Source of the DNA: Perkinsus chesapeaki ATCC PRA-425
Lineage: Eukaryota > Protista > Perkinsozoa
DNA: 64,000 nucleotides
Direction of reading: 5' to 3'
Assembly: GCA_013115145.1 (NCBI GenBank)
Contig: JAAPAO010000065.1
Coordinates: 1-64,000 of the forward strand
Shown: positions 41,201-54,100 of the stretch, in pieces
Layout: every line of letters starts with the position of its first letter
Numbering within the stretch: position 1 is the first letter of the stretch
Made by a program: the position numbers and the translations under genes
Notes under the pieces: generated by a model
Told to the model about the DNA's origin: nothing
Databases searched by the model: none
The model's input: the letters and a program-made list of their open reading frames with translations, nothing else

Positions 41201-41579
41201 CAGTTTTTAGCACCCCGACCCTCCCAAAGCTCAAACGCCTTTCGCTGCTCCGGCTCAGCTCACTGTGCCTGATACTGATAATTTCCATAATCCGGATCCA
41301 ACGCCGCCGTCAGTCACCTGGAGTCACTGCGACTGTTCGGAAAGAAGGGGTCGAATGCATCGATTTCTTCCTCGGCATCGTCTACTTGTAGGAACTTAAA
41401 CGTGCGGATTTCATCGGTTTGTACTTACCGCGTGCCTCGTTCGCTGTTGCTTTCTTACTAGATTTACTTCTGAATGACACTCCTCCTGGCAAGGTTCGCG
41501 TGGTCATGTTGTTGCCGCTGCCTTCATCGGCCTCTGCGGCCGGCCGGTCAATTTGGACAGACTTGGATGAGGCCGCCAT
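38238..41579 (-). CDS. Single-domain (6-TM) voltage-gated cation channel with C-terminal EF-hands
   Basis: S1 LVVIVLNAVWIGID; S2 EHIFGFCFTFEILVRI; WNIFD; S4 LSVLRLLRLLRITRVFR; pore helix and filter SMLTLWQ|VLVFDDTFSLIR; S6 FMILNILIGVICE; EF-hands DAMDVDGSGTLTESEF and QIIDSSGHGCIDQSEF; coiled-coil-like tail. Only one 6-TM repeat is present. Confidence 0.85.
40090..40719. repeat. 38-bp minisatellite inside an intron of the channel gene, containing a 98-N gap (40356-40453)
   Basis: Unit ATAATACTGTAAAGGCCTTTAGTGTTATTAATAGGGCT, with about 7 copies on each side of the gap. Confidence 0.97.
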
Positions 41580-42293
41580 TACAGTACATGGTTAATAGCT
41601 ACCAAGTTGTATCGCCCCTGAAAGTGCCCCGTCCTACCATCCCCCCAGCTAGGAGAAGATACCGTCCCAGACAAGACCGGCTAGACTCTCCCATTGACGG
41701 TGCTAACTTGGACAGCTGATGGGCTCGTTTCGGCCTCCGTTCGCGTAACCTCCAACAAGGCTATCAAAGAGTATTCTCATTCTTTGGAATCGCTCATTTC
41801 TGAATGACTTTTCTCCCATTCTGTTTTCCCTGATTAACTGCCTGTGTGCTACAGGCTGTGTCGTATTAAACGTCGATTTCGCATCCATATTCTCTATGAC
41901 AACTACCAATGTATAAAGACCTTAAAGCCTTAACGTAATAAGCAAATAATAACACTGCTCAGGTATATAAGAAATGCGCGCCACGAAGGCGTGGCAGAAG
42001 TGCCAGCATGACCACCGGCGGCCCACACTCCCTGGGGCCTTCATTATAGTGTGAAAATATTCAACTCCTGTTTCGAGCGTTATGCCCTTGTAACAAGTAG
42101 TAGTAGTAGCAAATATCAAATGCATTCATGACCGGACGGTTTTAGAGTGAGTAACGAACGAGTGATCAAATCTTGGACACTTGGCTCCTCTTGTATTTCC
42201 TCCACGTTGTTCATCAAGGGAGAAAGATTGACGATCTTACGTACAACAGTGTCTCTCTTGAATGGATTCTTCGTAGGATAATATCTTTACCTT

Positions 42294-43811
42294 ATGAGTC
42301 TACCATGCAAAGCCGCCAACGCTGCAACTCGCAGTGCTTGCCGCGCTGCTGCTGCTGAGGCCGCCGCCGTCCCTATTAATGTCAAGCTCTCCGAGGTCCA
42401 GACTATGTGCCCCTTCTTCGCCAAGGTTTCTACCAGCCCTGATGCCAGCACCATTGAGGCCATGGCCCAAGCCTGCCCGGTAATGAAGGCAGTACAGAAG
42501 CCTGTTATCATTCAAGATGATCTCAGAAGACATGCTGTTGACGAGACCCTAGTCATCCGCAAGGACGCCATGTACGAGGCTAAGTTCAGACACAACATCC
42601 AAAAGCTCCAAGAAGAGGGACGTTACCGTTACTTTGCCAACCTTCAGAGGCACTGTGGGAGCTTCCCTAATGCCACTTTTCATGGCCTGAACCACGAGGT
42701 TAAGGAAGGCAGGCCTATTAAGATATTCTGCTCCAATGACTACCTTGGTATGGGCCAGCATCAAAAGATTATCAATGCCTCTCATAACGCTATTGATATG
42801 AGTGGCACTGGCGCTGGTGGCACTAGGAACATTTCCGGCACTACCAAGTTCCATGTTGAGCTCGAGAGGGCCCTGGCCGAGAACCACCAGAAGGAGGCTG
42901 CCTTGGTGATGTCCAGTGGCTTTGTTGCCAACGAGGCTGCTTTGTCCGCGGTTGGAAAGATCATCCCCAACTGCCTGATGATCTCTGATGCTGGTAACCA
43001 TGCTTCGATGATAGAGGGCATAAGACACTCTAAGTGCGAAAAGAAAATTTATCGCCACAACGACCTTGCCCATCTGGAGGCGATTCTCGCCGAGGCCCCG
43101 CTGGACCGCCCTAAGATGATCGTCTTCGAGTCTGTCTACTCTATGTCCGGCGGTATCGCCCCAATGGAAAAGATATGTGACTTGGCGGACGCCTACAACG
43201 CCATGACTTTTTGTGATGAAGTTCACGCGGTTGGCATGTACGGTGAGCACGGTGCCGGTATAGCTGAGCGCGATGGTGTCCTTGACAGAATAGATATCAT
43301 TTCGGGTACTCTAGGTAAGGCTTATGGTGTCTTTGGAGGGTACATAGCGGCCTCCTCGAGCTTCGTTGATTGTGTTCGGTCTTATGCGGCTGGCTTCATC
43401 TTCACCACGGCGGTTCCGCCAGTTGTTGCCGCTGGTGGACTCGCCGCTGTTACTCACTTAAGACATTCTAAGATTGAACGAGAGCTTCAGCAGCTTAGAG
43501 CTAAGCAGTTGAAGGCTAAGCTCGCTGCTAGAGGGCTACCATTGATGAACAGCCCTAGTCACATCGTACCAGTTCTTGTTAGAGATCCCGTAAAGGTTAA
43601 ACAACTCACTGACAAGTTGCTGGCGGACTATGGCATCTATCTTCAACCTATCAACTACCCTACAGTTGACCGCGGTACTGAGCGTATCCGTATAACACCT
43701 GGACCACTTCACAGTGAGGAAGACCTCGACATGCTGGTCAATGCTTTGGATCGAGTTTTTGAAGAGTTGGGGATATCAAGGCAGATGCAAACTGCGGATG
43801 TGGTCCATTAA
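42294..43811 (+). CDS. ALAS: 5-aminolevulinate synthase (mitochondrial, Shemin pathway), intronless
   Basis: 505-aa ORF with [37 protein letters not shown], the PLP-lysine motif [14 protein letters not shown] and QPINYPTV, plus an N-terminal extension with CP motifs. Confidence 0.98.
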   Translation: MSLPCKAANAATRSACRAAAAEAAAVPINVKLSEVQTMCPFFAKVSTSPDASTIEAMAQACPVMKAVQKPVIIQDDLRRHAVDETLVIRKDAMYEAKFRHNIQKLQEEGRYRYFANLQRHCGSFPNATFHGLNHEVKEGRPIKIFCSNDYLGMGQHQKIINASHNAIDMSGTGAGGTRNISGTTKFHVELERALAENHQKEAALVMSSGFVANEAALSAVGKIIPNCLMISDAGNHASMIEGIRHSKCEKKIYRHNDLAHLEAILAEAPLDRPKMIVFESVYSMSGGIAPMEKICDLADAYNAMTFCDEVHAVGMYGEHGAGIAERDGVLDRIDIISGTLGKAYGVFGGYIAASSSFVDCVRSYAAGFIFTTAVPPVVAAGGLAAVTHLRHSKIERELQQLRAKQLKAKLAARGLPLMNSPSHIVPVLVRDPVKVKQLTDKLLADYGIYLQPINYPTVDRGTERIRITPGPLHSEEDLDMLVNALDRVFEELGISRQMQTADVVH

Positions 43812-44261
43812 GGTATTTTGTCTGGCTTGAGTGGCCGGCTTGATGATCGTTATTATCGTGGTCTTCATAGTTGTTATATGATGGAGGCATTATAGGCATC
43901 AATCTAGACGTTATTAAAGAATTGTTGGCCGCCGAGCAGCCTGCCTCTGTAATCGTATTTATTAGCGAAGGTATCTTGCGTTGACACAGTCGTATAATAT
44001 AACGACACAATATTAAGCCGCAAGGCGGCGTCATGTATCGGTAGGAATTGACTTGTGGACTAGTGTGACCAGTTATAGGAAGTAATAGTTTAGATTAAGA
44101 CTCTTAGTCAGTAGTAGACTTGCCTGATTACATTATAGCAATGAGAATGCAATGTATTGCACAATCCAGCTCGCATAGAATAATGTCGCAACATAGATAG
44201 GCAAGTGGGGAACAGACTCCAGCTCTAACTGTAAATTATGAGGGCTATAGGACCCAGGAAA

Positions 44262-44530
44262 GATATGGCCTAGCCTTGGGTATAAAAGGATATGGCCTAG
44301 CATTGGGTATAAAAGGATATGGCCTAGCATTGGGTNNNNNNNNNNNNNNNNNNNNNNNNNNNNNNNNNNNNNNNNNNNNNNNNNNNNNNNNNNNNNNNNN
44401 NNNNNNNNNNNNNNNNNNNNNNNNNNNNNNNNNGCCTAGCCTTGGGTATAAAAGGATATGGCCTAGCATTGGGTATAAAAGGATATGGCCTAGCATTGGG
44501 TATAAAATGATATGGCCTAGCCTTGGGTAT
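44262..44530. repeat. 27-bp minisatellite containing a 98-N gap (44336-44433)
   Basis: Unit GATATGGCCTAGC(A/C)TTGGGTATAAAAG, with copies on both sides of the gap. It lies between the convergent ALAS and cytochrome b5 genes. Confidence 0.97.
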
Positions 44531-45030
44531 CTTTCTGTTGGTATCAGCCCCATGATGATATTCGATGAGGTTGGTGAGTAATATAGATTTTGAAATCGGA
44601 AAAATCAGTGATAATGGAAGAGGTCAGATTTTGCCTTGTAAAATTGATTGTATACTCTGAGAATGCTACGCGTGCTCCTGTCACGGGAGCACGCTTACAC
44701 ATTGCCATAGAGCACCGCAAATGTCACGAAAGCATCAAGTTATGGGAGGACAAGAGAGAGGTTCCAGTATTATATATCTCGAGGGGAAAGATGACAAAAA
44801 TGCGGCGTACAAGAGACACGGGAGAATAAGGTCTACTAGTTGATGACAAGAATCCTTCATCAAAATCAACTTGAATACAGCACGGTGAGTACGAATAATT
44901 GGTTACTTAACACGAGGCAAGGTGCTTTAGATAAAATTATAATGTATATAGTGACATGAGGTCATCGTCTAATGATAACAGGCGCTACCATTAACAAATC
45001 ACAGAAAGAGCTCATAATGCCACAGATGAT

Positions 45031-45273
45031 CTACTTGGCGAGCTTTCCTATGTGAGCTTCTGGAGCATACTTTTTGATAACTCTACGCTCATGTAGCATA
45101 TCGAACTCCTCCGTAGCATCTTTGCCAGCGAATAATAAAATAGCCTTCTTTCCACCGGGATGGTCGGGCAAAAACTTGGTCACATCATAAACGTCATCGC
45201 CGATAATAACCCAACAGTCTCCCTCATTGTTATGAGCGGCCACCTCAGCAGCAGTAAAGGACTTCTTTGACAT
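45031..45273 (-). CDS. Small soluble cytochrome b5-like heme-binding protein, intronless
   Basis: 80 aa with EVAAHN…DCWVIIGDDVYDVTKFLPDHPGG…FAGKDATEEFDMLH (both axial His present) and no TM tail. Confidence 0.95.
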   Translation of the reverse strand: MSKKSFTAAEVAAHNNEGDCWVIIGDDVYDVTKFLPDHPGGKKAILLFAGKDATEEFDMLHERRVIKKYAPEAHIGKLAK

Positions 45274-45537
45274 TGAGGATCAAATGAACTTGCTCAAGTA
45301 GAGTGAGATTAGTAATGAACGGCAGTTTAACAGTACTTCACTCGGGAAGGAACGTATTTCAATCTTTCGATCTAGCGCGCGCCATTCTGATCGATTTATT
45401 TAATTCGACTGTCATGCCTAAGTGGGAGCAAGATGGATGCAGATATACTGGTCTTTACTTAGCAGTTTGAACGAGCACCACACATCTAGCGCGCTTTGTC
45501 TTATATGCTGATTACGAAGGAGGAATTTCAGAAACAT

Positions 45538-45644
45538 ATCTTAGGTTAGAGCGTGAATGTTACACCAATGAGATCTTAGGTTAGAGCGTGAATGTTACAC
45601 CAATGAGATCTTAGGTTAGAGCGTGAATGTTACACCAATGAGAT
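45538..45644. repeat. Exact 35-bp direct repeat x3
   Basis: ATCTTAGGTTAGAGCGTGAATGTTACACCAATGAG starts at 45538, 45573 and 45608. Confidence 0.97.
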
Positions 45645-45688
45645 GGTATTTCGAAGGCTGTTTTGCTGATAAGGTTGTTGTTTTTATA

Positions 45689-48600
45689 ATGAGTGACGCT
45701 CGGTACTTCAGTTCCTCTAAGAGAGGAGAGATACATGAGCTGAAGGAGGAGCTTAATAGTCCTAATAAAGATAAGAAAAAGGAGGCCATTAAGAAGGTAC
45801 TCTTAACTAGGACCTTCACACTACCAATAGTGACTGTAGGTGATAGCAGCCATGACCGTTGGTAAGGATGTATCGGCACTCTTTCCTGATGTTGTCAATT
45901 GTATGCAAACCAACAGTATAGAGGTTAAAAAACTAGTTTATTTGTAATAGTATTGAACGGCATAGGGGATGAGGTTGGATATAGGTATGTTATCAACTAT
46001 GCTAAAAGTCAGCCAGAGCTTGCTATACTGGCTGTTAATACGTTCCGTAAGGACACTATGGACCCTAACCCACTAATAAGGGCTTTGGCTGTAAGGACAA
46101 TGGGAAGTATCAAGTTAGAGCAAATGACAGAGTAGTAAAGGGCAGAGGAGAGGGTTGGGTAGTAGCTAGAGGTGTCAGATACTTGCTAGAGCCATTAAGG
46201 AGGTGCTGTAAGGATCAGGACCCTTACGTACGCTTGGCTTCTCTGGTGCATGGGTAGATAGCCGAATTAGGTGCGGAAAACAGCTGCTATTTGTATAGCA
46301 AAGTTCTATGAGATATCTCCTGATATGGTGGAGGATCAGGGCTTTGTAGCGGTGCTGAAGGACATGCTTAGTGACGCTAACCCTATGGTTGTGTCAAATG
46401 CTGGTAGCATCAAGCGGGGTTAGAAGGGAGGGTCATGTGCTTATTGGTAGTTATTGCATTAACTGAGATGCAGCAGCAGTCTGGCAAGCGTATGATGCCT
46501 TTAGATGAGAAGACAGTATCGAACTTACTGTTGGCACTTAACGAATGTAGGCTACTACTGTGCTTGGGTGGGTGGGGGAGTGGTTGGGTGTTAGGTACTG
46601 AATGGGCACAGGTTATTATATTGGATACGATAACGATGTTCCAACCGAAGGACAGTAAGCAGGCTAAGGAAATGATAGAGAGAGTATCGGCAAGGTTGAG
46701 CCATGTGAACTCAGCAGTGGTAGTATTCCGGGGTGGTGTAGTGGTGGAGGGCAGCGTTGCTATCGACGAGGTCGTGGGTTCAAATCGTGGCGAGTAGGTT
46801 CTATCGGCTATTAAAGTTATAATGAAGATGATGGAGAAGTTGAATAATACTGATATGATCCGCGTTATGTGCCGACGCCTATCAGCACCTTTGGTCACAT
46901 TACTCTCCCAGGAACCTGAAATACAGTAATAGCAGGATGGATGCAGCATACTGGGGAAGTATGGTACATGGCAACTCTATATGCGTGCAGTAAGGCTTGT
47001 TGATTATCACTATATGAATTTGTGGGATACTCTACTAGGATAAGACGAGCTTTCGCGTATCTAGGGATCTAGCGGTCATTGATAAGAGCGGTAAAGCGTA
47101 TCTGAAGTTGGTGTCTTCCTGAGAACTAGCTGAGACTTTGTCACCACGTATCTTCGAGACAATAAGGATCAGCGATGATCGTATGTATTTGTGTCTAGAT
47201 ACATAGCCTTAAGGAATATAAGGCTTATTGTACAAAAGAGGCCGATAGTTTTGCAGGGGTAATAAAAAAGGCGGAGCGAAGCTTAGGATTGTTTTTTAGG
47301 GAAGTTAAAGTATTCTTTTGTAAGTATAATGACCCTATTTATGTTAAAATGGAGAAACTTGATGTGATGGGTAGGCAGTATAACTCATACCGCTCTTTAC
47401 TCTGATCTTAGTGATGCTGGCAAATGAGCGGAATGTGGATGTAGTCGTTGCTGAGCTAGTAGACTATGCCAATGAAGTTGATTTGGAGTTCGCCTGTAAG
47501 GCAGTATCCTCTATAGGTAATATAAGTGGAGTAAAAGGGACTATTAGTAATTCACTATGTAGAAGGGAGGAAGTGTAGCTAACACTTCAGGGAGATAATG
47601 TGTGCATGCGTACAGAGCACCGACTTGTTGTTGTTCTTTCAGGGCGTATAGCACTTAAGCTCGAAGCAGCTGCGGATGTATGTGTGAATGCTATATTAGA
47701 GTTGATAGAGCATAGAGCTGATTATGTGTTACAGGAATCAGTAGTGGCCATGAGGGATGTATTCAGGTAGTAAAGTGAGGTGGTGCAGGAAGAAGACGCT
47801 TCCACTGTGGAGAAATAGTGGTCTTTTCCGGGGGTAAATTTCCAAAGTGGATGGGTGTTGCTGCGATAGATGGTGTCAAGCTCCTTGGCTTGACGAGAAC
47901 TGATTTGTGGATGAGTATAAAATACGAGAATGGAATCTTGCCGGTGTGATCATCAGGAAGTATCCAGGGAAATACGAGTTTGTAATCGGACCATTATGTG
48001 AGAATCTGGAGTCATTGGCGAAGCCTGAGGCAAAGGAGGCTATGATATGGATATTGGGGGAGTATCCGGATAGGATTGAGAATGCTGGAGAGTTATTATA
48101 CGTAATAGGGGGATAGGCAGGCTGCGCTATGAATGTAGAAAGTGTTTGAGCGATACACTGCCGATGGGCCGGACATTTGTGAAGTACCAGTGCGTTACAT
48201 TACAGTGGATGCTACTCTTAGTCCCAACGTACAGCTCCTCACCTTGGTGTCTGTGATTTTCAAGTTTCTGGATCAAGTTTCTGTCTGTGGTTCCGTCCGA
48301 TCTTTACTAGGACTCAGTCATAGGAGTCCTAGTAAAAGGTTGCATCTGTGGGAGTTGAACCCGGGTCGTTTGAATGATAATTTGGCACTTTATCCTGTCC
48401 GTTGTCAGTCCTTCTTGGATGGCTTCTTCAGCGAGACCTATGCAGTACAGCAGGAGCTACTCACAGCTGCTATCAAGTTTTTCTTAAAGGATCCTAGTAA
48501 AGCCAATCAGGATATCCTATCTAAGGTAGACATCGGGGGAGGGGTATACCCAATTTGATGGTCGAAAAGGAAAAGATGGTATAGATTTCTAATGTCACTT

Positions 48601-50880
48601 TGTCGGCATGGTTCTGTTATGCTACACGTTGTACATAAGAGTATACTAGTGTGGCTATGAATGTGGTAGTAGTAGTAGGTGGTGGTATTATATCGAGCTG
48701 CTGCGTCGTCGTACGTCTGTTGGTTGTTGCTATTCTTGTCCCCTGTATTATTGTGCAGGTTATTAAAGCCTGTACGGACTCCTCATCCAATCCAGATCTC
48801 CGTGATAGAGGGTATATGTACTGGAGGATGCTGTCCATGGGGAATCTAGAGAAGTGTAAACAGATTGTAGTTGCACCATTACCGAGGATAACAGACACTT
48901 CACTGCTGGTGGAATCGGTAGGGACAGCTAGAGGTGTCAGAAAAGATGGTGGTGGTGTTCAGAGCTTGCTGGAAGTGTTGCTCAGTACGATAGGTCAGCT
49001 ATCGTCGATTTACTTTATAGCGCCTGATGAGCTTATTGAAGGGACAAAGCAGTATGATGAGATGGAGGATTATTATGGGGATCAGAGCAGTATGGAAGAG
49101 AGATCTCAGAATGTAGGGGTTTTCTGACCTCTTTTGAATCTTGCATGCTTCGAGTTAAGATATTTCCTTGTCAGATTAAGGCAGTGAAGGCAGCTATGGC
49201 GAGTCCTCGAAGCTATGAGGAAAGAACTACTGGTAGTGATTCGGACAGTGAGAGCTCGAGCAGCACCAGCAGTAGTGGAAGTGACAGTGAGAGTAATAAA
49301 AGAAGATATCTACAGGGGTTGGGGAAGATTCTTGCGGGGTTGGAAATCGATAAGCTGGTCTTTTTTTATAGGTAGTGACAGTGATGATGATGAGGATGGT
49401 GTATCAGGCAATACTAGTAGCAGTCACCCTCCAGATTTACCTATACAAAGGTTTATGGTACATCCTGACACACAAAAGGGAGGTAGTACTCTATGAAAGT
49501 GCGTGTGGTGTGTTAAAGTGTGTGATATATAGTAGTAGTAAATAATAATAAAAAATATAAATAATATAATATTGAATAGAAAATATATAATTCAAGATAT
49601 CTTAATGCTAGCACTGGCATTCAGAGTACAATTAGAACAATTGGCAATGTACTGCTGCTGTGAACTGTGACAATGTAGAACTAAATTACTCGACGACGAC
49701 GCTACGCTGAATAATATTATGCCCTGGTATGTTCCTATTCAGGTAACGGTCATACAGGCCTCAAAGTTGCTGGTGGTATAGGATTCGTGAAGGGTGTGGT
49801 ATGTATGGAGCTGCTGATTGGCAACTCGGGTAGTGTACCCCTTACTGGCTTTGCGATACAATGCAATAAGAATGCGTTTGGATTGGCGCCTAAGTCGACA
49901 CAGGTAGGGGAATCGTCACGCGCCATGAAATTATTGTGTAGATATCGGGAATGCCTGATACACTGCAGCCGGGTTCCAGTGTGAGTGTGAGGGTGCCGTT
50001 GGAAGCTAATAAACTCAATTCGGGAAGCCCACCACCGAATCATCCACCGCTACTGTTACAGGTAAGGAAGGTTGCACTACCGCCGCAGTACATTTATATA
50101 ATACCTTCCATTTATTTCATCTCGTAGCTCCAAGAGTGCTTACAATAAAGCTTTCTCGTATTTCTCCTCCTTTGTTGATATTATTATCTTAACCATTCCC
50201 ATGGTACTCCTAATAAAGCCTTCTGCTCCTCCTCTTCCTTCTCCTCCTCCTGCCGTATGGTCCCTTCTCTTTCAGACGGCTATCAAGACTAATGTTGATA
50301 TCTTCTACATGAACATACCTTATACACTTTATGTTGTATTTGAGCCTAAGCAGATGATCAACTCGTAATAGCCAGCTTCAATTTCGTGGCGCATTTTCCA
50401 ATGTCAGCGATCAATTCCTGAGCCTGTGGCAAAAATGTGGTGCTGATAAGCAAACCAGTCGGATGGCCACACCATCACAGGCACTGAACCCTGAGATGGT
50501 CGTGGCGAGGTTGAGGCAAGCTAACCTGTTCCATGTCAATACGAGGGCATCGAAGGATGGGGTAAGGGAGAGAAGGGAAACAAGGAATGACTGTTAAAGA
50601 ATATCTCAAGGCGTATCTTCGTCGTTGTATCTCAGTCCTCAGCAGCATTGTATTTTGGTGCATGCCTCACAAATCGTTTGGTGGTTTTATTGGAGTTGGT
50701 GTTGACTAGGACGGTCCCACAGAAGGTTATGGTTAATGTACGAACCGAGACACCTCCACTGGTAGTAGCATGACCGCGCGCCACGAAATTGTCTCGGGCA
50801 TTGTTGTTATCGTCGTTTAGGTTAATCATATGCATTACCTTATCGAGTCACTGTTACAACTTAAACCTGCGCAGCAATAG
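45689..50880 (+). CDS. AP1B1: AP-1/AP-2 adaptor complex beta subunit, many introns
   Basis: [22 protein letters not shown]…KKKEAIKK; [17 protein letters not shown]; [19 protein letters not shown]…[12 protein letters not shown]; MIWILGEY; [13 protein letters not shown]; appendage [12 protein letters not shown]. The last exon [19 protein letters not shown] ends at 50880. Beta1 cannot be told from beta2. Confidence 0.93.
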
Positions 50881-51100
50881 AAATGGGGAATTGTGTCGAG
50901 GGGGACACAATGACACAAGTTTCATTCACAGTTACTTATAAAAATAAATGGTAGTGTTCTGGGCGGGTGAGGCAAGCGTCGGCAGGATAAGGAGCTTCCG
51001 ATGGCGCCGCCGATGATGTTATTAATTCCTGTTGATTGTCATAAAGCTACGGAGGTGTGATGAATGGGGGAATGGTGTTAGTAGTGCCAGTTGTATTGAA

Positions 51101-54100
51101 ATGCCAAAGGCAAGCACCACGAAGAGTAATAAGCGGACACATGGTGTAGAGGGGATACCTGAGGGGAAGACTAGGGATAAGAAGGCTGTAATAAGGGGGG
51201 ATAGGGATAGGATTTGGAGGAAATGTGGTATTAAAAAGTGTTCCTTCGGAGGCACCGGTGACATGCATGGTTCGACATTAGATATGCGAGCGTCGAGTGT
51301 CATTGATAGTGCGTGTCGCTGAATGTTTGTTGATCCTTGCTATGTTAGTTCCAGTCCGAGTTGGAGAAGGAGAAGGTGGAGGAAATAGGCAGACTTGAAT
51401 TCGAGGACCCTGTTGAGGATGAGTAATAATAAATAAAGATAGTTAGGGTGACAAGTTGGCTGTGGAAGAAGTGATGATGAAAATTGCTGGGTTCTCAATG
51501 TAATCTGAAAGCTGACTGCATGAGTGAATATTATGGTATAATTGATGGAGTTGTGGGGCTACTGGAGAGGCGAGCGGGAAAAGTGAAACTTTTCAGAAGT
51601 CGTATCTTTGAGATAGTCTGGAATATTTCGGGAATATATTTTGTGGCGAGTGACGTTTTTGTTAGGTTTGAAAAGGAGGAGATTGTAGATGCTGAGATGG
51701 AAGGATCAGGCAACGTTGATGCTGCTGCTGTCGAGGCTACAGCGGTGTACAGGCCTGGGGTGGATAAGGTGGAGGAAGGTAATATAGGACATGGGTGATA
51801 GAGAGAATGGTGTGAGTATTGTGGAAGGGGGGAGGGGGCATCGGTTGGATTCTGCTGATGGCAACTTTGATGTAGGCTATGCGTCGGGGCAAATCTCATG
51901 ATCTTTAATTATCCGTCTTGCTCGTTATAAGGTGAATGTATTAGTGGAACAGATTATAGAAACTGATTAACTGGTAGAAATGGTTGATTAACGCTCAACT
52001 CCCCCTAGCACTGTATTCCTGCAGGTGAGGAGCTTGTCCTTGGCGATCCCACTATGTATACGATGCTGCATAAGGCAGAGGTCGAGTGGCCTTGTTTGTC
52101 CTTCGATTCAGTGCAGGATAACCTGGGAGCAGTAGGAGGATAATAATTTCGTGGCGCGCGGGAATGGTAGTTGTTCAGTCGCGTAAGAAGTATCCTATGA
52201 CGTGTTATGTGGTTGCGGGTACGCAAGCTGACGAGGCGAAGAATAATAAGATTGTTGTGATGAAGTGGAGCCATATGTACAAGACCAATAGGGATGGAGA
52301 GGATGAGGAGGAGGAGATGGATGAAGATGACTCTGATGATGAAGGGGTTGATGTAGATGCTAAGATGGACTTTAGGATGATCAAACATGAGAATGGTGGG
52401 TGGCACGGGTTCGAACCTAGGGGGAGGTATTTCTAAATTTTATTATTTCGATGGATTTTTGTATTGAGAAGATTGTTAGATAATGAGATATCATTCTTAG
52501 GATGGAAAAGTATGGTAGTCTACTCAATAACGTAAGTATAGGAATAATAGGATTAATATTAGACAACTTAGACGCTGTAATGTTATTATCAACTTCTTGG
52601 AAGTAAAATGGAAGTACCACCGAGACCCTCTCGCCCTCTTAGCATCACCTACGTGATCCTCCTGCTCGAAAACATACATGCATCGCATTGGTATATTGAT
52701 TATTATATTGCACTTCTATCGCCGCCTTTGTTGATAAGTCTACCTGTATGCCTTATTTGATACTGAACAGTATATTAATATGTTTAGGTTGCGTTAATCG
52801 GATACGCATGATGCCCTCTCCACCTGGTATGAGTGGTAGTCAGATAGCAGCTACGTGGTGTGAAGATGGGACTGTGTAAGGGGTTGTGGGGGTATAAGGG
52901 TATTGGTTTATAGAAGGCAAGATGGTAGGCTTATGGTGGAGTAATATAATGTAAGAGATAATATAATGGAACAATAGAGCTCTTAGAGCTTCATACATTC
53001 ACATACGCAATAATGGTGCTTGATAGAGTGATGATATTAATGTGCGATAACAACAATAGTTGATGTTAACCTCACTATTATGAGTTATAATCGATATAGG
53101 TTATTAGAAATGGTCTCTACTAGCCTAGTTGGAGGAGGATACCCCTTAGTGTGCATTAGCAATCGACAAGTGTTATGAATAGGTCCATGTGGAACATAGC
53201 ATCACAGCTAGCATCATTGGACGGCCGAGGAGTTGCCGAGACTAAGCCATTATTGTATACTATGAAGAAGCATACTACTGAAGGGTAGGATTATAGGAAA
53301 GAGCGGTATGAGATATTGCCTCTACAGTTACGGTATGGCTTGGAATCCACACTCTATTGGACAGTTTGTATCCGCTGATTGTGATGGAAATATGTAGGTG
53401 TAGTGGGCTTAGCGGAGCGAAGCGATTCTGCTTTACCTGTTTTGGAAATTGCGCCCTCTAGAAACGGGGATTTAAAGATAAGCGAGTTATTGTTAGTGTA
53501 TTCAAGTCTACAGAGGATTTTATCACGAACGGTATATAGTTCGAAATAATAGCCTTTGTAATACCGAGTATATTATAGTGGTATAGGTATTTATGGAACC
53601 CTTGTGAAGGCGGTTGGGAGCAGAGTAAGATGCCTAAGAGCCATCAAGGCAGTATAGAGGATATTATGTGGAAAAAGGCTGGTAAGGTTACTACATAGAT
53701 CGGACAAAGTTGAGAAAGTTTGAGAATGGGGGTGCCGACCAAGTTGAATTCAATTAGTCTCGTATTATGAGACTAAGCAAATCTTAATATCATTTAGTAG
53801 TAGGAGTATGTAAGTTATTTGGCTCGGCTTATACGACTTCTGATCTAGAAACCATTCTTTTCCCTCTCTTGTCCTACAGTCCTATAGTAATGGGTTGTGT
53901 ATAGGTACTGGTGCATCTACTACACTGGCCACTTGTGGTGTAGATGGGACTATTAGACTATGGGATATGCAGGGGTTTACTGGCAAGCCAGGTCTGACTA
54001 TTATGGCACATGATACTGATGTTAATGTTATCTCATGGAATCCTGAGGTAAGGTTAAGAGCTTATATTACTTCTAGTAGTAGTAAGATAATTCATTAGCT

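Noticed and set aside
41703-42125. ORFs 41703..41909 and 41922..42125 between the channel and ALAS
   Set aside because: They have no motifs and I could not splice them convincingly to each other or to the channel, so they are left uncalled.
42241-42258. CAGTGT upstream of ALAS as an iron-responsive element (an IRP-type aconitase is in the window)
   Set aside because: The flanks TACAA and CTCTC do not pair and there is no C bulge, so no IRE stem forms.
44133-44581. ORFs 44133..44330, 44245..44553 and 44276..44581
   Set aside because: They are translations of the 27-bp minisatellite and the N gap.
40090-45644. Tandem repeats as CRISPR arrays
   Set aside because: They are head-to-tail units with no unique spacers, there are no cas genes, and the context is eukaryotic.
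52395-52430. GGGTTCGAACC resembling a tRNA T-loop
   Set aside because: No T-stem pairs on either strand and there is no D-arm or acceptor stem.
47271-53423. GCGGAGCGAAGC occurring in two introns (47271 and 53412)
   Set aside because: About a hundred repeated 12-mer pairs are expected by chance in 64 kb, and the flanks are unrelated.
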